A stretch of DNA of 64,000 nucleotides, taken from the NCBI GenBank assembly GCA_964016885.1, contig OZ024741.1:77438001-77502000 (forward strand), given 5' to 3'. This DNA is from Eledone cirrhosa. Taxonomy: Eukaryota. The position numbers and the translations under genes were made by a program. Within the stretch, counting starts at the first letter, position 1. Each line of letters starts with the position of its first letter. The notes below the pieces were generated by a model that ran no database searches, was not told the DNA's origin, and saw only the letters and a list, made by a program, of their open reading frames with translations. Below are positions 25,378-39,940 of this stretch, in pieces.

Positions 25378-25940
25378 ACTTCGTTTTTTAATTTGTTTTG
25401 CAAGAATTCTCATCTGAAAATGTGTGTTGAAACAGATATTGTTATACTTTGGGAGGGTCATGTTGCCAATAAAAACACACGCACCTGTTGATTTTCACTT
25501 AAATTTATTACAAATTTCTGGTTGGTTGGTTGGTTCAATAACCAGATGGTTGTTTATTTATTGTCAAACCGCTTTCGTCATAAATTCTGTGACCTCCTCA
25601 GTGACTGATTTGCTATTTTGTGTCTCTCCTTTGTTCTGTCCTACACCATCTTGTTTTTTGTGTGTTGTATGCGTTATATCCAGGTGTCTGTGTGTTTTTA
25701 TTTATCTATATGTTTATTTACGTGTCACTAGCTGGTTGTTTGTTCTATCTGTGTATATCTGGTTTATTTTATTAGTTTGGTTCTTGTGTGTCTCTGTATG
25801 TCTTTATGTCCATAATTACTAGTTGTGATGTTGATATTCCACTCATGTTTTCTGTTTAATTTTGGTTTGAGTTCGTTTATGTTTGTCGCTTCTGTAATTT
25901 GTCGGAGTATTGCGTCGTTTCTGTATGTGGATATAATTAT
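25378..25940 (-). mobile_element. PLE 3' remnant: GIY-YIG C-terminus, 3'UTR, HHR (25563-25605) and tail
   Basis: ISTYRNDAILRQITEA...KLNRKHEW parallels ISKHRNDPADRQIREA...RLNRKNEW (57112 ORF); gtca-CTGAGGA-g gtcac..atgac-GAAA gcgg TT-tgac. Confidence 0.8.
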
Positions 25941-25991
25941 ATACAAAGATAAGGACAACTACAAGGACACAGCACCACCAACACCACCCTA

Positions 25992-26095
<104 letters not shown>

Positions 26096-26229
26096 GCTCA
26101 TTCGTTTATTTACAAATCCCTGGAACTAGCTTGACTCAAACAAGAAAAGTATTCTCACATCGTTTGAGGCCGCTTTGAATTCTACAAAAAAGAGAATCAA
26201 TAGACCTCAAAAAAAAACATAAATGTAGG

Positions 26230-26385
26230 TATGCATACATACATAATGCATTCATACTTACATACATACATACTTACATAATACATACACACATACATAC
26301 ATACATACATACATACATACATACATACATACATACATACATACATAATGCATACATACATACATACATACATACATACATAATG

Positions 26386-26417
<32 letters not shown>

Positions 26418-27203
26418 CATACATAGACAGATACATGCATACACATATGCAAACATAGATGCATACATACATGGATACATGCATGCACACATACATACTT
26501 ACATACATACTTACATACTTTCATATATACTTACATACTTACATACATATATAATGGATACATACATACATAGACACATACATATATGCAAACATGTAAG
26601 CATAAATGCATACATGCATGCATACATACATATATACATACATACTTACATACATACTTACATACATACACCATACATACATACATTCATTCGCACATTT
26701 ATATTTATATGCAAGCATACATGCATAGATTCATGTAAGCATGCAAGCGCGCCAGCATACACGCATACATATACATACATGCATGCATATACATAGATGC
26801 ATACATATATACACAGATTGATTTATACATACATACATGCATGCATACTTACATACATACATACATATATACATACATACATACATACATACATACATAC
26901 ATACATACATACATACATAGATTCATGCAAGCATGCAGGCGCGCCAGCATACACGCATAAATATACATACATGCGTGCATACATTCATTCATACATATAC
27001 ATACATGCATGCACATACATAGATGCATACATATATACACAGATTGATTTATACATACATACCTACATGCATACATACATACATACATACATACATACAT
27101 ACATACATACATACATGCATACATGCATGCATGCATACATACATACATACATACATACATACATACATACATACATACATACATACATACATACATACAT
27201 ACA

Positions 27204-27232
<29 letters not shown>
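26230..27232. repeat. Degenerate (TACA)n array with an internal duplication (26723-26835 / 26915-27062)
   Basis: Directly visible. Confidence 0.9.
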
Positions 27233-27234
<2 letters not shown>

Positions 27235-27469
27235 GTGCTTGTACATGTACGTACGTGCGTGTAATTGCATTAAATGGCTTTAAGGGGATTCGTGTATGTT
27301 TGAAAGGAATTACATGCTATATATTAATTTAATGAAAGCTGCCACAGAATGAAAAATGTCGCTTTCCATTAATTTAACTGATATAAACACGAATTACACA
27401 AATTAGATTAAAAAACGGAACACTAAGTTTCAGATTTTTTAAATATATATCTAAAATTAATAACACGAA

Positions 27470-27508
<39 letters not shown>

Positions 27509-27679
27509 GTGTGTAAATTTTATTCACAGTTGTATAAATAACATTACAAATTGTTCACAATTCTTTCAGAATGAAAATATAAAAACATAATAATTCAATT
27601 AACTATTGCTAGGAACCTCACAAATATAATGCATCAATATATATATTTATATATATATGTATACACACACACACGCGCG

Positions 27680-27732
<53 letters not shown>

Positions 27733-28208
27733 GTGCTTTGTATTTATATATGCATGCATGGTCCCGTATCTCCTGATGGAATCGTATAGAGGCCGAAGTG
27801 GCATACGGCGCGTCTAAGGCATTTTAAAGCCTTGCGGAGCACATCTCCTCTCCAGGTCTGAACACAGCAGATTTCTTCCAGAGAGGGATAAAGAGAGAGG
27901 GAGAGTGGAAGTGAGAAAGAGATATAGACAAAGAATCGACCCAGTACTAGACTGGTACTTTTTTACCGATCTCGAAAAGATGAAAGGCAAAGTTGACCTC
28001 GGTGGCACTGTCTTTATATTCATTCATATAACAATACTCCTTTCGGTACCAGCCTGCGTGAACCCATATCATAGTTGGAACGGTACAAATGACATGGAGT
28101 ATTTAATTCTGCCCACACTTGAATTAACTTGAATTAATTGATTATGGGGACGCAAATGCCACAATGATAATTAGTTAATTGATCATTTGAATAAAGACTA
28201 TAAATATA

Positions 28209-28248
<40 letters not shown>

Positions 28249-28361
28249 CCTGGAGGGATGGACTCCGCCAGGCTTTAAAATGTCCAAGAAATGCCCTATG
28301 TCAATACGGCGCCCCTACGACTCTATCAAGAATTACGGAACCATACTTATATACACACACT

Positions 28362-28501
<140 letters not shown>

Positions 28502-28509
28502 TTCCCTAG

Positions 28510-28835
28510 GTTCTGTTTTCCGTTCCCTGGAGAAAGGTGTGGCGGGACATCGGCAGCAGGACACATTTGGCCAAGCGCTGAAACAGCAACAACAATCAGA
28601 ACAACTGGCTTTGCCAGAGAAACGCAGTGATGTCAGAAATCGTCCAGTGGAAGAAAGTAAAAGTAGTAGCAGTAACAGCAGCACTAACGACCATACCAAC
28701 TCTGACGATAAGATAGCCAGACATTTTATGAACGATAAAAATAAGCAAGACAAGGTCAACATCAACAAGACTGTTGTTGTGACCCATGTTGAAACAACTA
28801 TGGAAGAAGCCCAGAATAACCATGGAAATGTTGAG
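28510..28835 (+). CDS. Host gene coding exon (phase 1->0), (G)[16 protein letters not shown]...NHGNVE
   Basis: ccctag acceptor, gttcgt donor; corresponds to ORF 28539-28844. Confidence 0.75.
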
Positions 28836-28865
28836 GTTCGTTAATATTTCGCATCCTTCTCCTCC

Positions 28866-28912
<47 letters not shown>

Positions 28913-28913
28913 T

Positions 28914-28966
<53 letters not shown>

Positions 28967-29015
28967 TATAGATATATATTTCCCTTTCTCTCTCACTATA
29001 TATATATATATATAT

Positions 29016-29215
29016 AGGAAAATGTTGGACCCCGACGGCAGAGCTCAATCCGTTTCGACGGGTATTTCTGAACTCTGGAGTCCAGAAATAGCCGTCGAAA
29101 CGGCTTGAGCTCTGCCGTCGGGGTCCAACATTTTCCTATTACCCACTCTATTACCCTAAGTATTGAGTACTCTGGTGCGTTATGGTCCATCTAGTTCCTT
29201 ACCACTCTTCCTTCG

Positions 29216-29218
<3 letters not shown>
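29016..29218 (+). mobile_element. Fold-back mini-element (13116/16290 family)
   Basis: Palindrome 29016-29139 plus a tail of about 80 nt, with (TA)n on both sides. Confidence 0.85.
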
Positions 29219-29253
<35 letters not shown>

Positions 29254-29256
<3 letters not shown>

Positions 29257-30097
29257 TATGTATACGTACATACATATATGTATACAGACGTACAGTAGTA
29301 AGTATATATATATACATACATGCACACATATATATATGTACGTATGGATTCACCGAACATTTATTATAATGCTCGGTGTGTTTGTAAACAAACATCCCGT
29401 ATTAAGCCGTAGTGTCTAGCAACCATCGTTGCTCATTTGTTCAACACTGACAAAGGAACGCTGTACTAGTTTCAAGCTTATTAGCTATCGTCAGCAACGT
29501 ATACCTTCCTGCCAGATGATTGAACGTCTGAAAGTATATACTTTCCTTATGCATATTAACGGCTGAGCAACCTAATTTGCATATCGAGTGGGTTAATCGG
29601 CTGGGTGCATCGAAAACGATAAACGGAAAAAATGAAACGAAATTTCATTTCCCACTCTTAGTACGGCTGTTACTTAAATATAAGTATGGATACGTACATA
29701 CATATATGTATACAGACGTACAGTAGTATGTATATATATATACATACATGCACACATATATATATGTACGTATGGAAGGTATGCAGGAAGGTATACGTTG
29801 CTGACGATAGCTAATAAGCTTGAAACTAGTACAGCGTTCCTTTGTCAGTGTTGAACAAACGAGCAACGATGGTTGCTAGACACTACGGCTTAATACGGGA
29901 TGTTTGTTTACAAACACACCGAGCATTATAATAAATGTTCGGTGAATCCATACGTACATATATATATGTGTGCATGTATGTATATATATATACATACTAC
30001 TGTACGTCTGTATACATATATGTATGTACGTATACATATATTTAAGTAACAGCCGTACTAAGAGTGGGAAATGAAATTTCGTTTCATTTTTCCGTTT
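29254..30097. mobile_element. Retrozyme-like non-coding HHR element: 1.2 tandem monomers (-) folded back onto a + copy
   Basis: Direct repeat 29254/29682 (period 428 nt); inverted arms 29254-29511 and 29784-30040; HHRs at 29459-29499 (-) and 29796-29836 (+): cgttg-CTGACGA-t agct aata agct t-GAAA CTAG TA-cagcg. Confidence 0.8.
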
Positions 30098-30120
30098 GTA
30101 TGTATATATATATATATATT

Positions 30121-33100
30121 ATGAAAGTAAAACAAAGAAGCCTTCAATACATCAAAAGTCTTTATTAGCCAACAATGTTTCGTCCTATTAAGGACTCATC
30201 AGGGCAATTAAAACAACAAGAAGTATTATCGGCCAATACAAGCCGGAAACTCCGAAGAATATGGAGTGTACATACACTAAAGTATTGCAAGATTATGGGC
30301 AAAAATATATAATAAAAATATATAATAAAAATTACTAAGGAGGTGTATAACATTAAGAACCATATTACAAATATAGTCCAAAGCAAAAAAAACCTAGAGC
30401 TAAACAAAGGTGGTTATATAGAGCAGGAATTATATATAATACAATGTAATATAATATAATATACCTTTACCAATATTAAAATTACAATAAAAATCAAAAG
30501 GTACAATATACATATGTATATATGTACGCACACGTACGCACACATACACATACATCAATACACATATCCATCTTCAACTGCACAAATTAAACCTTATTAA
30601 GAGTTTAAATATAAATAAGCATGATAGGAATAAAAATAATAATAATAATAATAATACATATACCCAATATACATGAGGTAATAATATGATATTATTATAA
30701 GTAGCACATATAATATATAATAAACTATACAATTATATACTACATAATATAATATAATAGAATAGATAATCTCCGGTTAATTTACACAAACAATATAGAT
30801 GTCGCAATAATACTATAATAATAATATACTAACATTTATAATATACAATATATAATGGCATTCAAGTTAACAAATCAATTCATATAGAGTTACAGAGTAG
30901 GTGAGGAAAAATAAATTGTACAATACCCAAAAATTATGATGGTACAAAAATATAAACATCCTACATGATATATAAAGTTTAACATATCATAATGTTACAT
31001 ATAATTAACGGTAAGTAATAAGGATCGATATTACAATAACAAATACAATATAATATAATATAAAATAATTAACATAATATAATATATAATTACTTATAAT
31101 TACAAGGTTGGTAAACAGACATGTATGTGGATGAGTGAGTAAGGGCCAGACAGTAAATATAATGCACAGTAGTATTACAAATAAAATATAAAATATAAAA
31201 TAAAATAAATAAATAGAATCAACCGGAAATTAAAAAACAAAAACAAAAGTATACATTTAGGTCTCACATGCAGTTAAGTAAAAACTTAGGAAATAACCCC
31301 GGTAAATGACTCGAAAACCCTATTTGATAAATTAATATTAAAAATATTTAAAATATCCAATAAGGCAGTATAATATTAGCTATGGTTTAAGTAATTAAAG
31401 TTTATAAACGTTAATATTTCGTTACAAATATTTACAAAAAGGAATGAAATTTTTTACTATCAAATACATAACGATATCTAAAAAACTGACTTAAGCAGAA
31501 TTATGGTAGGCTAATAGGGACAGAAATGAAGAAATATATGGAGGCATAAAATCATAGTCAATATACTATATTAAATAATAGAAAGGAGCGTAAAAGAGGG
31601 GGGGGGGATTAAATATAATCCTAATCTATTTGGAGGGGTTGACAATAAGTTTATGTGCGCATGGGGAGGGGGGATAAGGGGGGGGGTATCCAAAGAAGAA
31701 TCCAAATAAAAATAAAAATAAAATAAAATAAAATAAAATAAAATGAAATAAAATAAAATAATGTAAAATATATAATCAGATATATACTCATAAGGTGTTA
31801 ATAGTGAAAATTTAATGCGTAAGAAGATAGATATGGTATAGTAGCCAAAAGATTATGAGAGCTAGAATAAAGAGTCGTCAAAAACCAATGATAATAATGA
31901 TGATAATAATGGTGGTAAACAAAAGAACCTAAACTAAAAAATAAGTAATGGAATATATCAGCTAATGGATACAATTTGTACTACTAGAACCTTTAGGTTT
32001 ATAATAAAAGTATGAATTAGAAATAGCGTGGGGGCAAGAAGAGAATATCTCAGACTTTCTATTAAGTAAGGATTCGCTAGAGAAAATTATAGAGTGTGTC
32101 TCGAGGATACAGAGATTACAAAATTTAGTATGTGTAGAAAGGTTATTAGAGCGTGCTACTAAATGCCAGTTAAGGCTATATGGTATATTAGCCCCCTTAA
32201 GATCCCAGATATAATGTGCTAAAGAAGTAGAATTCTTAAACTTAACATGTTTGAAATTAGAGATATGAGAGTTAAACCTAGTCTTAAAAGTGTTAGATGT
32301 AGAGCCTATATAAGTTCTATTATAGGAATTAGTTATAACTACGCAAGCATAGACAATGTTACCGTTTAAAGGCAGTTACCGTTTAAAGGGCAGTTAGCAC
32401 TCACTCTACAGTTGCACTTCCGGGTGTTATTGGTTGGCTCAAGTGGTGATGCATTACACGTAGGATTGCTATTAGATAAGGTCTGTTCTGGTGGTAATGC
32501 ATTTCCAGATCTGTTCAAACTAGTAGTATGTAGAGAGGAGAATCCATCCCTAATTTTCCTATTGTTAGTGCTAGCTAAATGAGAACTAATATTAGGGGTG
32601 GTAGAGAATGAAAGTTTAATAACATTTTTATTAAAAATACTATGGTATTTATGAGAAGGGGGGAAATTTTTCTCTAAGATAGAAAAGAAAGACCTAGGGA
32701 TATTAGTTAATACTTCCTGATTATATGGCGGGTTAAAATAAGTATTTAATCTCCTTCTATTTTTATTCTTACCAACTCTACCATTATCAAATATCCCACC
32801 ATCAAGACTAGGGTTACTACAAGGATTAGTTAAAACCGCATTATTAGAATCAGCCAAAATTCCATTAAGTCTCTTACTGTTTCTACCTCTAGTAGATCTG
32901 CTGATGTCTGGAATCCCATCAAAAGGATTAGGGCCAATAATAGGATCAGTAGAAGCAACATTATTAGAATAAGATCTAGCAAAATTATCACCAATGAGTG
33001 AGCGCTCAGAGGGTTCGACTTGTTTCCTAGAGGTATTATATTCACTATTACGAGTCCCGTGGGTTAACTTATGGATGGGTTCAGATACACCTATGTAATT

Positions 33101-33303
33101 TTTACGGTTATTATGCTTCCTACTCCCATTCATAGCCATGTTATGTGATATTATGTTATTATTATTAAAAGTAAGCGGAGACTTTCTAAGGTTACTATTA
33201 TTATAATGAATTTTACTAGAGTAACCGGAATTTGCTAGGGCATTATTATAGTACTCCGCATGTTCATTAAATGTTCCTACGTCCTTAGAGAGTGTGGAAA
33301 TCC
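30121..33303 (-). mobile_element. 5'-truncated Penelope-like element: RT C-terminus, long linker, GIY-YIG, about 1.8-kb AT-rich 3'UTR
   Basis: RISTLSKD...YYNNALANSGY...YFNPPY...CNCR...CPLNGNC; after a frameshift NIVYACVV...YIGSTSNTFKTRFNSH...CNLC...LLNRKSE...CPH; (TA)n at both ends. Confidence 0.9.
30168..30205 (-). ncRNA. Canonical minimal type I HHR at the PLE 3' end
   Basis: gcc-CTGATGA-gtcct taat aggac-GAAAC att GTT-ggc then AATAAA. Confidence 0.85.
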
Positions 33304-33531
33304 TATATATATATATATATATATATATATAATGGAAGTGGGAATAATAAAGATAAAATAAAAACCCCAAAAAACGATATAAGTACATAAAAATAACCGT
33401 GCATATGAGACCTTTGGGTAGTTTTTCCTCATATTTTGGCCTTATTGGTCAGCTGTGTCTTTCATTGTAATTGTATATACGAGTCCTATAGAAATAGATC
33501 CAAATAACATTAGAGTTACATTTATTGACAG

Positions 33532-34326
33532 GATTCCACCACTCTGCAACCAATTGGTAACAGACTTCCTACAGCAGACCTTAAAAAGAACTCTCCCATT
33601 TCGAGAGACGATTCAACGGGAGACAATGCTAAATTCCAGTACGAAACCGACTTACAAAGAACATCTTTCGGTGAAAAGAAATTCTCAAATGGTGTTCCAA
33701 TTTTACCGATTACAGAAGAGAAACCAATGGAAATTGCACAACGGTCAGAGGTTTCGAGAACCCAGATACATAAACAGACTTCATCGGTAAAACATGAATT
33801 GCAGGATGACGATCAACTAACAGACAAACAGTTGGATTCAGAAAGGAATTCTTCAGCAAAAATGATAAAAGTTCATAAACCCACTGGTGCCTCCCTGCAG
33901 AATACGGAAGACAGGGACTGGGTTGGTGTTGGTTATGCAAGGCAGGTTGCAACGTCTGCCAGTAAAACTACTGCTCCTGGTAAACTTTCAAAAGAAATTC
34001 AATCTTCAGTAGTTGACCAAAACGTGAAGGAAAGTCACAAGAATGATAAGGAAGTTGGTTTACCACTTCAAGTACCAATATATTCTCATCGTAGACTCGT
34101 TCCAAGAAGGATAAATCGCACGAAAGATATTCGATCTAGCGAAAACAATGTCTCGTTACAATCTGTAGTTAAGAACACTGATGATATGGACAGCAGAACC
34201 CATCAAATACATCAGCAGATGTTCAAAGAACGTCAACTTAAACCTGTGCTGAATACAACTAAAACAAAAATGGCTGAAAAAACAACACACGTGGTTATCA
34301 AGGATCAAGATAGCAACAATGACGAG
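33532..34326 (+). CDS. Host gene coding exon (phase 0->0, 265 codons), DSTTLQPIGNRLP...DQDSNNDE
   Basis: ttgacag acceptor, gtaagt donor, 795 nt open; in frame with ORF 33727. Confidence 0.85.
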
Positions 34327-35827
34327 GTAAGTACAAGCAATAATGTTTGTGCTGTTTTCTTCTTTTCCTTCATTTTTCAGTTTGATAACATTTTTTTAGT
34401 CACTCACAAAAATTAGATTTAGGTATGGAGCCATTTGCATATCTAATAAATCGTAAGAAATAATATTTAACAGTGACGGTGAAAGTGACTATAAAGTTTT
34501 AAATTACATTAAATTACATGTTTAGAAAATTAAATTGAACAATAAACAATTTTCTTTGCTAGAACCTTTCGCTTCCAAGTTTGCAAGCACAATAAACTGT
34601 TTGTTTACTCGTGTGTGGATGTGTATGGTGAAAGGGGCGTGTGTCTTTGTAATAAACCTTTGTAATGGACCTTATTTTATTGAGTATGGAATAACAAAAA
34701 ATACATAGCCGACCATAATAAGAGAACTTGATCTGATTAATATCTAATTCCCATACGCCAAGATCAGATTTTCCCTTCATTCCTTCATGGTAGAGTAAAT
34801 AAGAACAAGCTTTATGTCGGAACTATTCAATAGGCTATATCACACATATCCTTTTACATTATTCAGTTTTGTGCCAAGATCAAAGGAACTCATATTTATG
34901 ATGGCTTATTAACTGGTTAGTATTTGAAAAGAACATGTGCACAGTTCTCTATCAGTCAAAGATTCTATGGCAGATTAGTGCTGGGCAAGAATGACCAGAT
35001 TTTAGGTGTCCACGAAGACCTACTTAAAAGTCTGTTCCGAAGGACTTTCAGCCTAGGGGCTATTGACTATGCAATTGAAAACTCATCGTCGAAACCGATG
35101 GAGGCACATTTGTGATTTTATAAGTATTATTATTGTTGTTTATCGTGGACGCATGCGTTTTACAGATCTCTGCTTCGAAGATGATTTCTTCGGAGATTAG
35201 TTGAGAGGAGAAAAATGTGTTGTTTTTTTTTATCCACAAAGTTTTTCGGGATATTTAAACTCCAGTACCGGGGGGTAAAAAGGATTTGTATTCACATATT
35301 TTAATATGTACACGGTTTTTGCAAGCAATCATTTTGCACTGATTCAATGCGGCCACATCTGCGGAAAAAGGTGCTTGCAACAATGGTTGTAGCAATGACT
35401 GCGTCCATCCTAACTCCACCCGACTATAAAATTTTTGCAGATACATAGAAAATTTAAAAAACAAAGTCAGAAAAATTATAAACAAACCAACACAGTTATA
35501 AGAACAAATAGTTAGAATTTAAAAAGCACAAAAGAAAATAAAGAGCAAATCGCAAATTTAAATGACTGTAACAAATACACCAATAACAAGAACATCAGCT
35601 CACGTTTTTTTGGCTTTGCTAACCATAAATTAACTCCAGGTGAAAGAAAAAGCATGAAAAAGGTATTTCACAAAAGAGGGTGCATCTGAAAAACGTATCT
35701 GAGGACAAGGGTGCAAATGAGAAGACACTGTTTTTCAAATAAAATGAGACCTCGTTGATGTATGACAGGGTATATCCTCTCTCGGCAAAAAATGTGGAAG
35801 CTCGTTATCATTATTCAAGATTAAGAA

Positions 35828-36040
35828 GGGTGGTGGATTAGCAGTATCGTAAAGCGTTGGACAATATGCTTTGCGGCATAGTTACGACCATTTACGTTCT
35901 GAAATTCAAATCCCACTGAAGTTAGCTTTGCTTTGCATCCTTACTTGGTCGATAAAATATAGTACGAGTAACGCACTGGGATCGATTTAATCGACTTTCC
36001 CCTCCCCCAAAATTGTTGGCCTTGTGCCTAAATCAGAAAT
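35828..36040 (+). mobile_element. tRNA/Nin SINE (diverged)
   Basis: ggtggattagcagtatcg...ttcaaatccc...gtcgataaaat. Confidence 0.8.
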
Positions 36041-36401
36041 CATTTTTTTAAATGAGGCTGAGGTGAGAAGGCAGACTGTTCTTGTGCGCTAAGCGCATGT
36101 CCACAGGATGGTACAGCAATGCATGACAGGATAAATACAATGATCTTCGCCAGAGACTTTAGTATCGATGTGAACCCATGGCTTATAGTCACCTTTTACA
36201 TCAGTGTGTCTATATGTGTATAACCGCATCAGACCACTTTAGGAGTAAATAGCAGCTAGGAATTTTGTTGATTGAAAAGATTGAGGTGAACCCGGTCTTT
36301 TTCAAAGCACTATTCCTGCACATGTGCTATACAACTGTATGAAAGCCCAGAAGGAAAATTCTTTTGTTGTTCTATATGTGTGTGTATGTGTGTGCGGCGT
36401 T

Positions 36402-36439
<38 letters not shown>

Positions 36440-36519
36440 TCCACATGTTCTTAAACCCATTTGTGTGATACTTTTTGTTCTGTAAGCATGGGATGTTATG
36501 CCATACAAAATAAATTATT

Positions 36520-36578
<59 letters not shown>

Positions 36579-36579
36579 T

Positions 36580-38360
36580 ATTATGGTTCATCTTTGTAAA
36601 TCCCAGACTCTGAAATGTTAAATGATCTGGTTATGAAGTTAGGTAGTAGTCAGCATGTTGAACAGGTCCCTCACTGCATCCTCTCCTGTGCCTTACAAGA
36701 CTTTTCTTAAAATCCTTTCTGTATCAAGAAGTGCTGTCTTCAGCATGACCCGTGACCTTACATCAATGCCGATTCTATTGACGCAGTCCTCAAAATTGTC
36801 CGATATGAATCCCAATACTCCGATCACAACTGGAATCACTAAAACCTATTTTATTCCCCACAACTTTCCAACCTCTTCCGTCAGTAGCTCATACTTCTCC
36901 ATCTTTTTATGTTTTTTATCCTTCACTCCACTATCTCCTGGAACAGATATATCGTCTATTTTTCTTCTTGTTCACAACTGAAATGTCTAACCTTACCTCA
37001 ATCATTCCATCGCATTGAATGATGGAGTCCCACAAAAGCTTAAATTCGTCCTTCTCTAACACCCCTTCTGGTCTCTGCTCATACCATTTTTCAGATATCA
37101 TCCAATGGATATATCTGACAACATTATCATGTCGTCTTTTGTACTCTCACTGTGCCAACTTAACACATTCACTTACAATATGGTTGACCATTCCTCCTTT
37201 TGTTTTACACATTCTACATTATGGTGATGTTATTATTGTGTCAATATGATGTTTAATGTAGTTAATTCAAAGAGCCTTTTAGGTGCTGCACACCAGAGCT
37301 TTACTGTATCTTTTCAGATCGCCATTTAAAGCCACAACCAGCTCTTTTCCCAATCAATGCCTACTTTATCTTTAGTGTACTGTTCCTGAATAAGTTTATC
37401 CTTCCATCCTTTTCAAGTTCTTTTTCACTCTCTTCCATTGCGTGCCACTGCATCAGTAGATTTCAGTGAGTCGAGGTCTCTTATTTTTGACATGTTACCA
37501 CTTACATTTTTAAGGTACCAACCCAAGCCAAGTTGTTTTCTTCACCTTTGACACAATTTTCACAACTTATTAGTCCCCAACCTCCTTTCTCTCTTCCAAC
37601 ATAAAGTCTTGCAACATCACTCTTTGGGTGGAGTTCGTTACATCCTGTCATCAATTTCCTAGTTTCCCTATCAATACTTTTCAATTCCTCTTTCTTCCAT
37701 TTAATAACTCCTGCCCCATAACGCATGAGAGACACAGCCCATATATTTGTTGCCTTGATCTTATTCTTTCCATTCAATTTAGACATTACAAATCTCACCT
37801 GCCTGAGGTATTCTTTTTTTAACATCTTCACTGCTTTCTCTTTGATCTTATCCAACTTACAGACTCCCAAATACTTGTATCCTTCCTCCTTCTTTAATAG
37901 TCTGGCCATTTGCAAGCTCAATCCCTCTACTCTTTGTTAGTTTCCACCGTTTCAAGGTTATAACGCCACATTACTATTATTCCCAGTCTGTTCCGAAGGA
38001 GATTCGAGCTCAGGATTATTGATAACTTCCAGAAATCCATCACTTGGCAGTGCTACAGGGAGAGGGGGGGGCACTGCCGGTTCGAGATAAACCTACAGGC
38101 ACAAACGTGCTGTCAGACGGACCTACCCGAGATGGTTGGTGGTAAGCTCTCTTTTCACATTTTGTATCCTGCCTTCACTCTTCTCAATACGAGGGACAAG
38201 GGTATGAGGGTAAAGACAAACAATAAAGGGGAGATACTCTCCCCTTGGAAGATACCTCTTTTGATTTTCATTCCTCCCAAAGATTCTTCCTCTGATGTTA
38301 TCTCTGTCTCCCATGTCTTCATGCTATTACCGTCGATGTTGTCTGCCACCTTTCCCCTTC
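36580..38360 (-). mobile_element. Degenerate R4/Dong LINE, interrupted at about 37975-38125 by a patch containing Tx1-like sequence
   Basis: RGIFQGESISPLLF; YKYLGV; HPKSDVARLYVGREKGGWGL. Confidence 0.8.
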
Positions 38361-38404
38361 CCTTCAAATTGCTGGCCTTGTACCTAAAATAGAAACAATT
38401 ATTA

Positions 38405-39920
38405 TTATTATTATTTTTATTATTATTATTACAGTTGCATTTATCTTGCTTTATTTTCATACGAGTTATCACCAAGTCACAAATAGTGACCTCAAGAGAC
38501 AACAAGGTCCGCCATGTTCAAGAAAGAACACATACACACATACATGTTTCTTTAGGTGTTTAAACCTGTGATGTATTTATATCGACAGTATCTTCCTTAG
38601 TATAAGGACAGTTCCTATTAGTACTATCTTTTGTATTTCTCCTATACGCGGGTTTCCTGGGATTTGCGATAAGTAATGATTAGACCCCTTAGGTGTCATT
38701 CCTAGAGTGCCTACAACCACTGGTATTGTTTTAGTTCTCAACTTCCACATTTTTCCAATTTCTATCTCCATTTCTTTATACTTGCTCAATTTTTCAAGTG
38801 TTTTTATAGATACATTCTTGTCTATTGTAACTGACATATCAATTAGCAGGCATACCCTCTTTTTAAAGTCCTTCGGTATTATATCAGGTCTATTTGCATC
38901 TATTTTTCGGTCTGTTTGGGTGTAAAGTTCCACAAGATTGAGATGTGATCTTTTTCAAGTACGGGAGGTGATTGATGCTCCCACCAATTCTTTTGATGGG
39001 GCAGGTCAAAATGCTTACACATTATCCAATGTATGTATTGTACAGCTCTGTCGTGCCTGTTTAGGTATTCGGTTGGAGCTATAGGACTGCACATTGAAAT
39101 TATATGATCAATGGCCTCTGGTTGTTTTTTACATACACGGCATAATGGGTTGCATCCATTTTTTATTATGTTGGCTTGATAATTTTTTGTTGGCAGACAC
39201 TGATCTTGTGCTGGTATAATCAGTCCTTCAGTCTCCGATTTCAGTCCAGATGATGCCAACCACTGATGGGTTAAAGTTTTGTCAACATCAGGATTGTTAG
39301 CTCTTTCTGGGTATTTTCCATACAGAGGCTTTTCTTGCCATTTCTTAGCCAGTTTCTGTAGCAGTTCTTTCTTTGCAGTTACTTTTACCTGCTTTGCTTT
39401 TTCTGAGTTTTTCATTTCAGCAGTAAATGGAACTTCTGAAATTTGTAGTCCATTACTGTATCTTTGTGCATCTTTTGTAATGGAATATGATCTTTTGATA
39501 CTTTCATGTTTCAAAACGAGTTTGATCATCCAATCATGTGATTCCCTTAGATATGCAGATAATCCAATTGTTGCAGTTTTCAATACAATATCTAACTGGA
39601 TTAATCCACGTCCTCCTTCTTTCCTAGGGAGATATATTCTATCTGTATCTGTCTTAGGGTGATGCATTCTGTGCATGGTTAAGAATTTTCTAATTTTTGT
39701 ATCGAGCCTACAGATCTCTGTGCTTGACCAGTTGATGACATTGTAACTGTAGGTTACTACTGGTATGGCAAGTGTGTTTATGGCATCGATCCTATTCCTT
39801 GCATTCAATTCCGTTCTTAATATTGCTCTTACTCTGCGGTAACATTCCTTCCTTATCCTTTCCCTCATTGTCGAGTGCTTGATTCCGTCTCCTTCATAAA
39901 CACCTAGATATTTGTAAGTT
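38405..39920 (-). mobile_element. 5'-truncated R4/Dong LINE in (TAA)n
   Basis: YKYLGV...HPKTDTDRIYLPRKEGGRGL...CRVC...HIISMC...RHD; NRPDII...LIDMSV; (ATT)n at both junctions. Confidence 0.92.
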
Positions 39921-39940
39921 TTTATTATTATTATTATCAC

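Noticed and set aside
28510-28581. Phase-0 reading [23 protein letters not shown] as the gene end
   Set aside because: The 23083-23140 exon supplies phase 1 and opens the long frame continuing to 33532; the short reading would need exon skipping.
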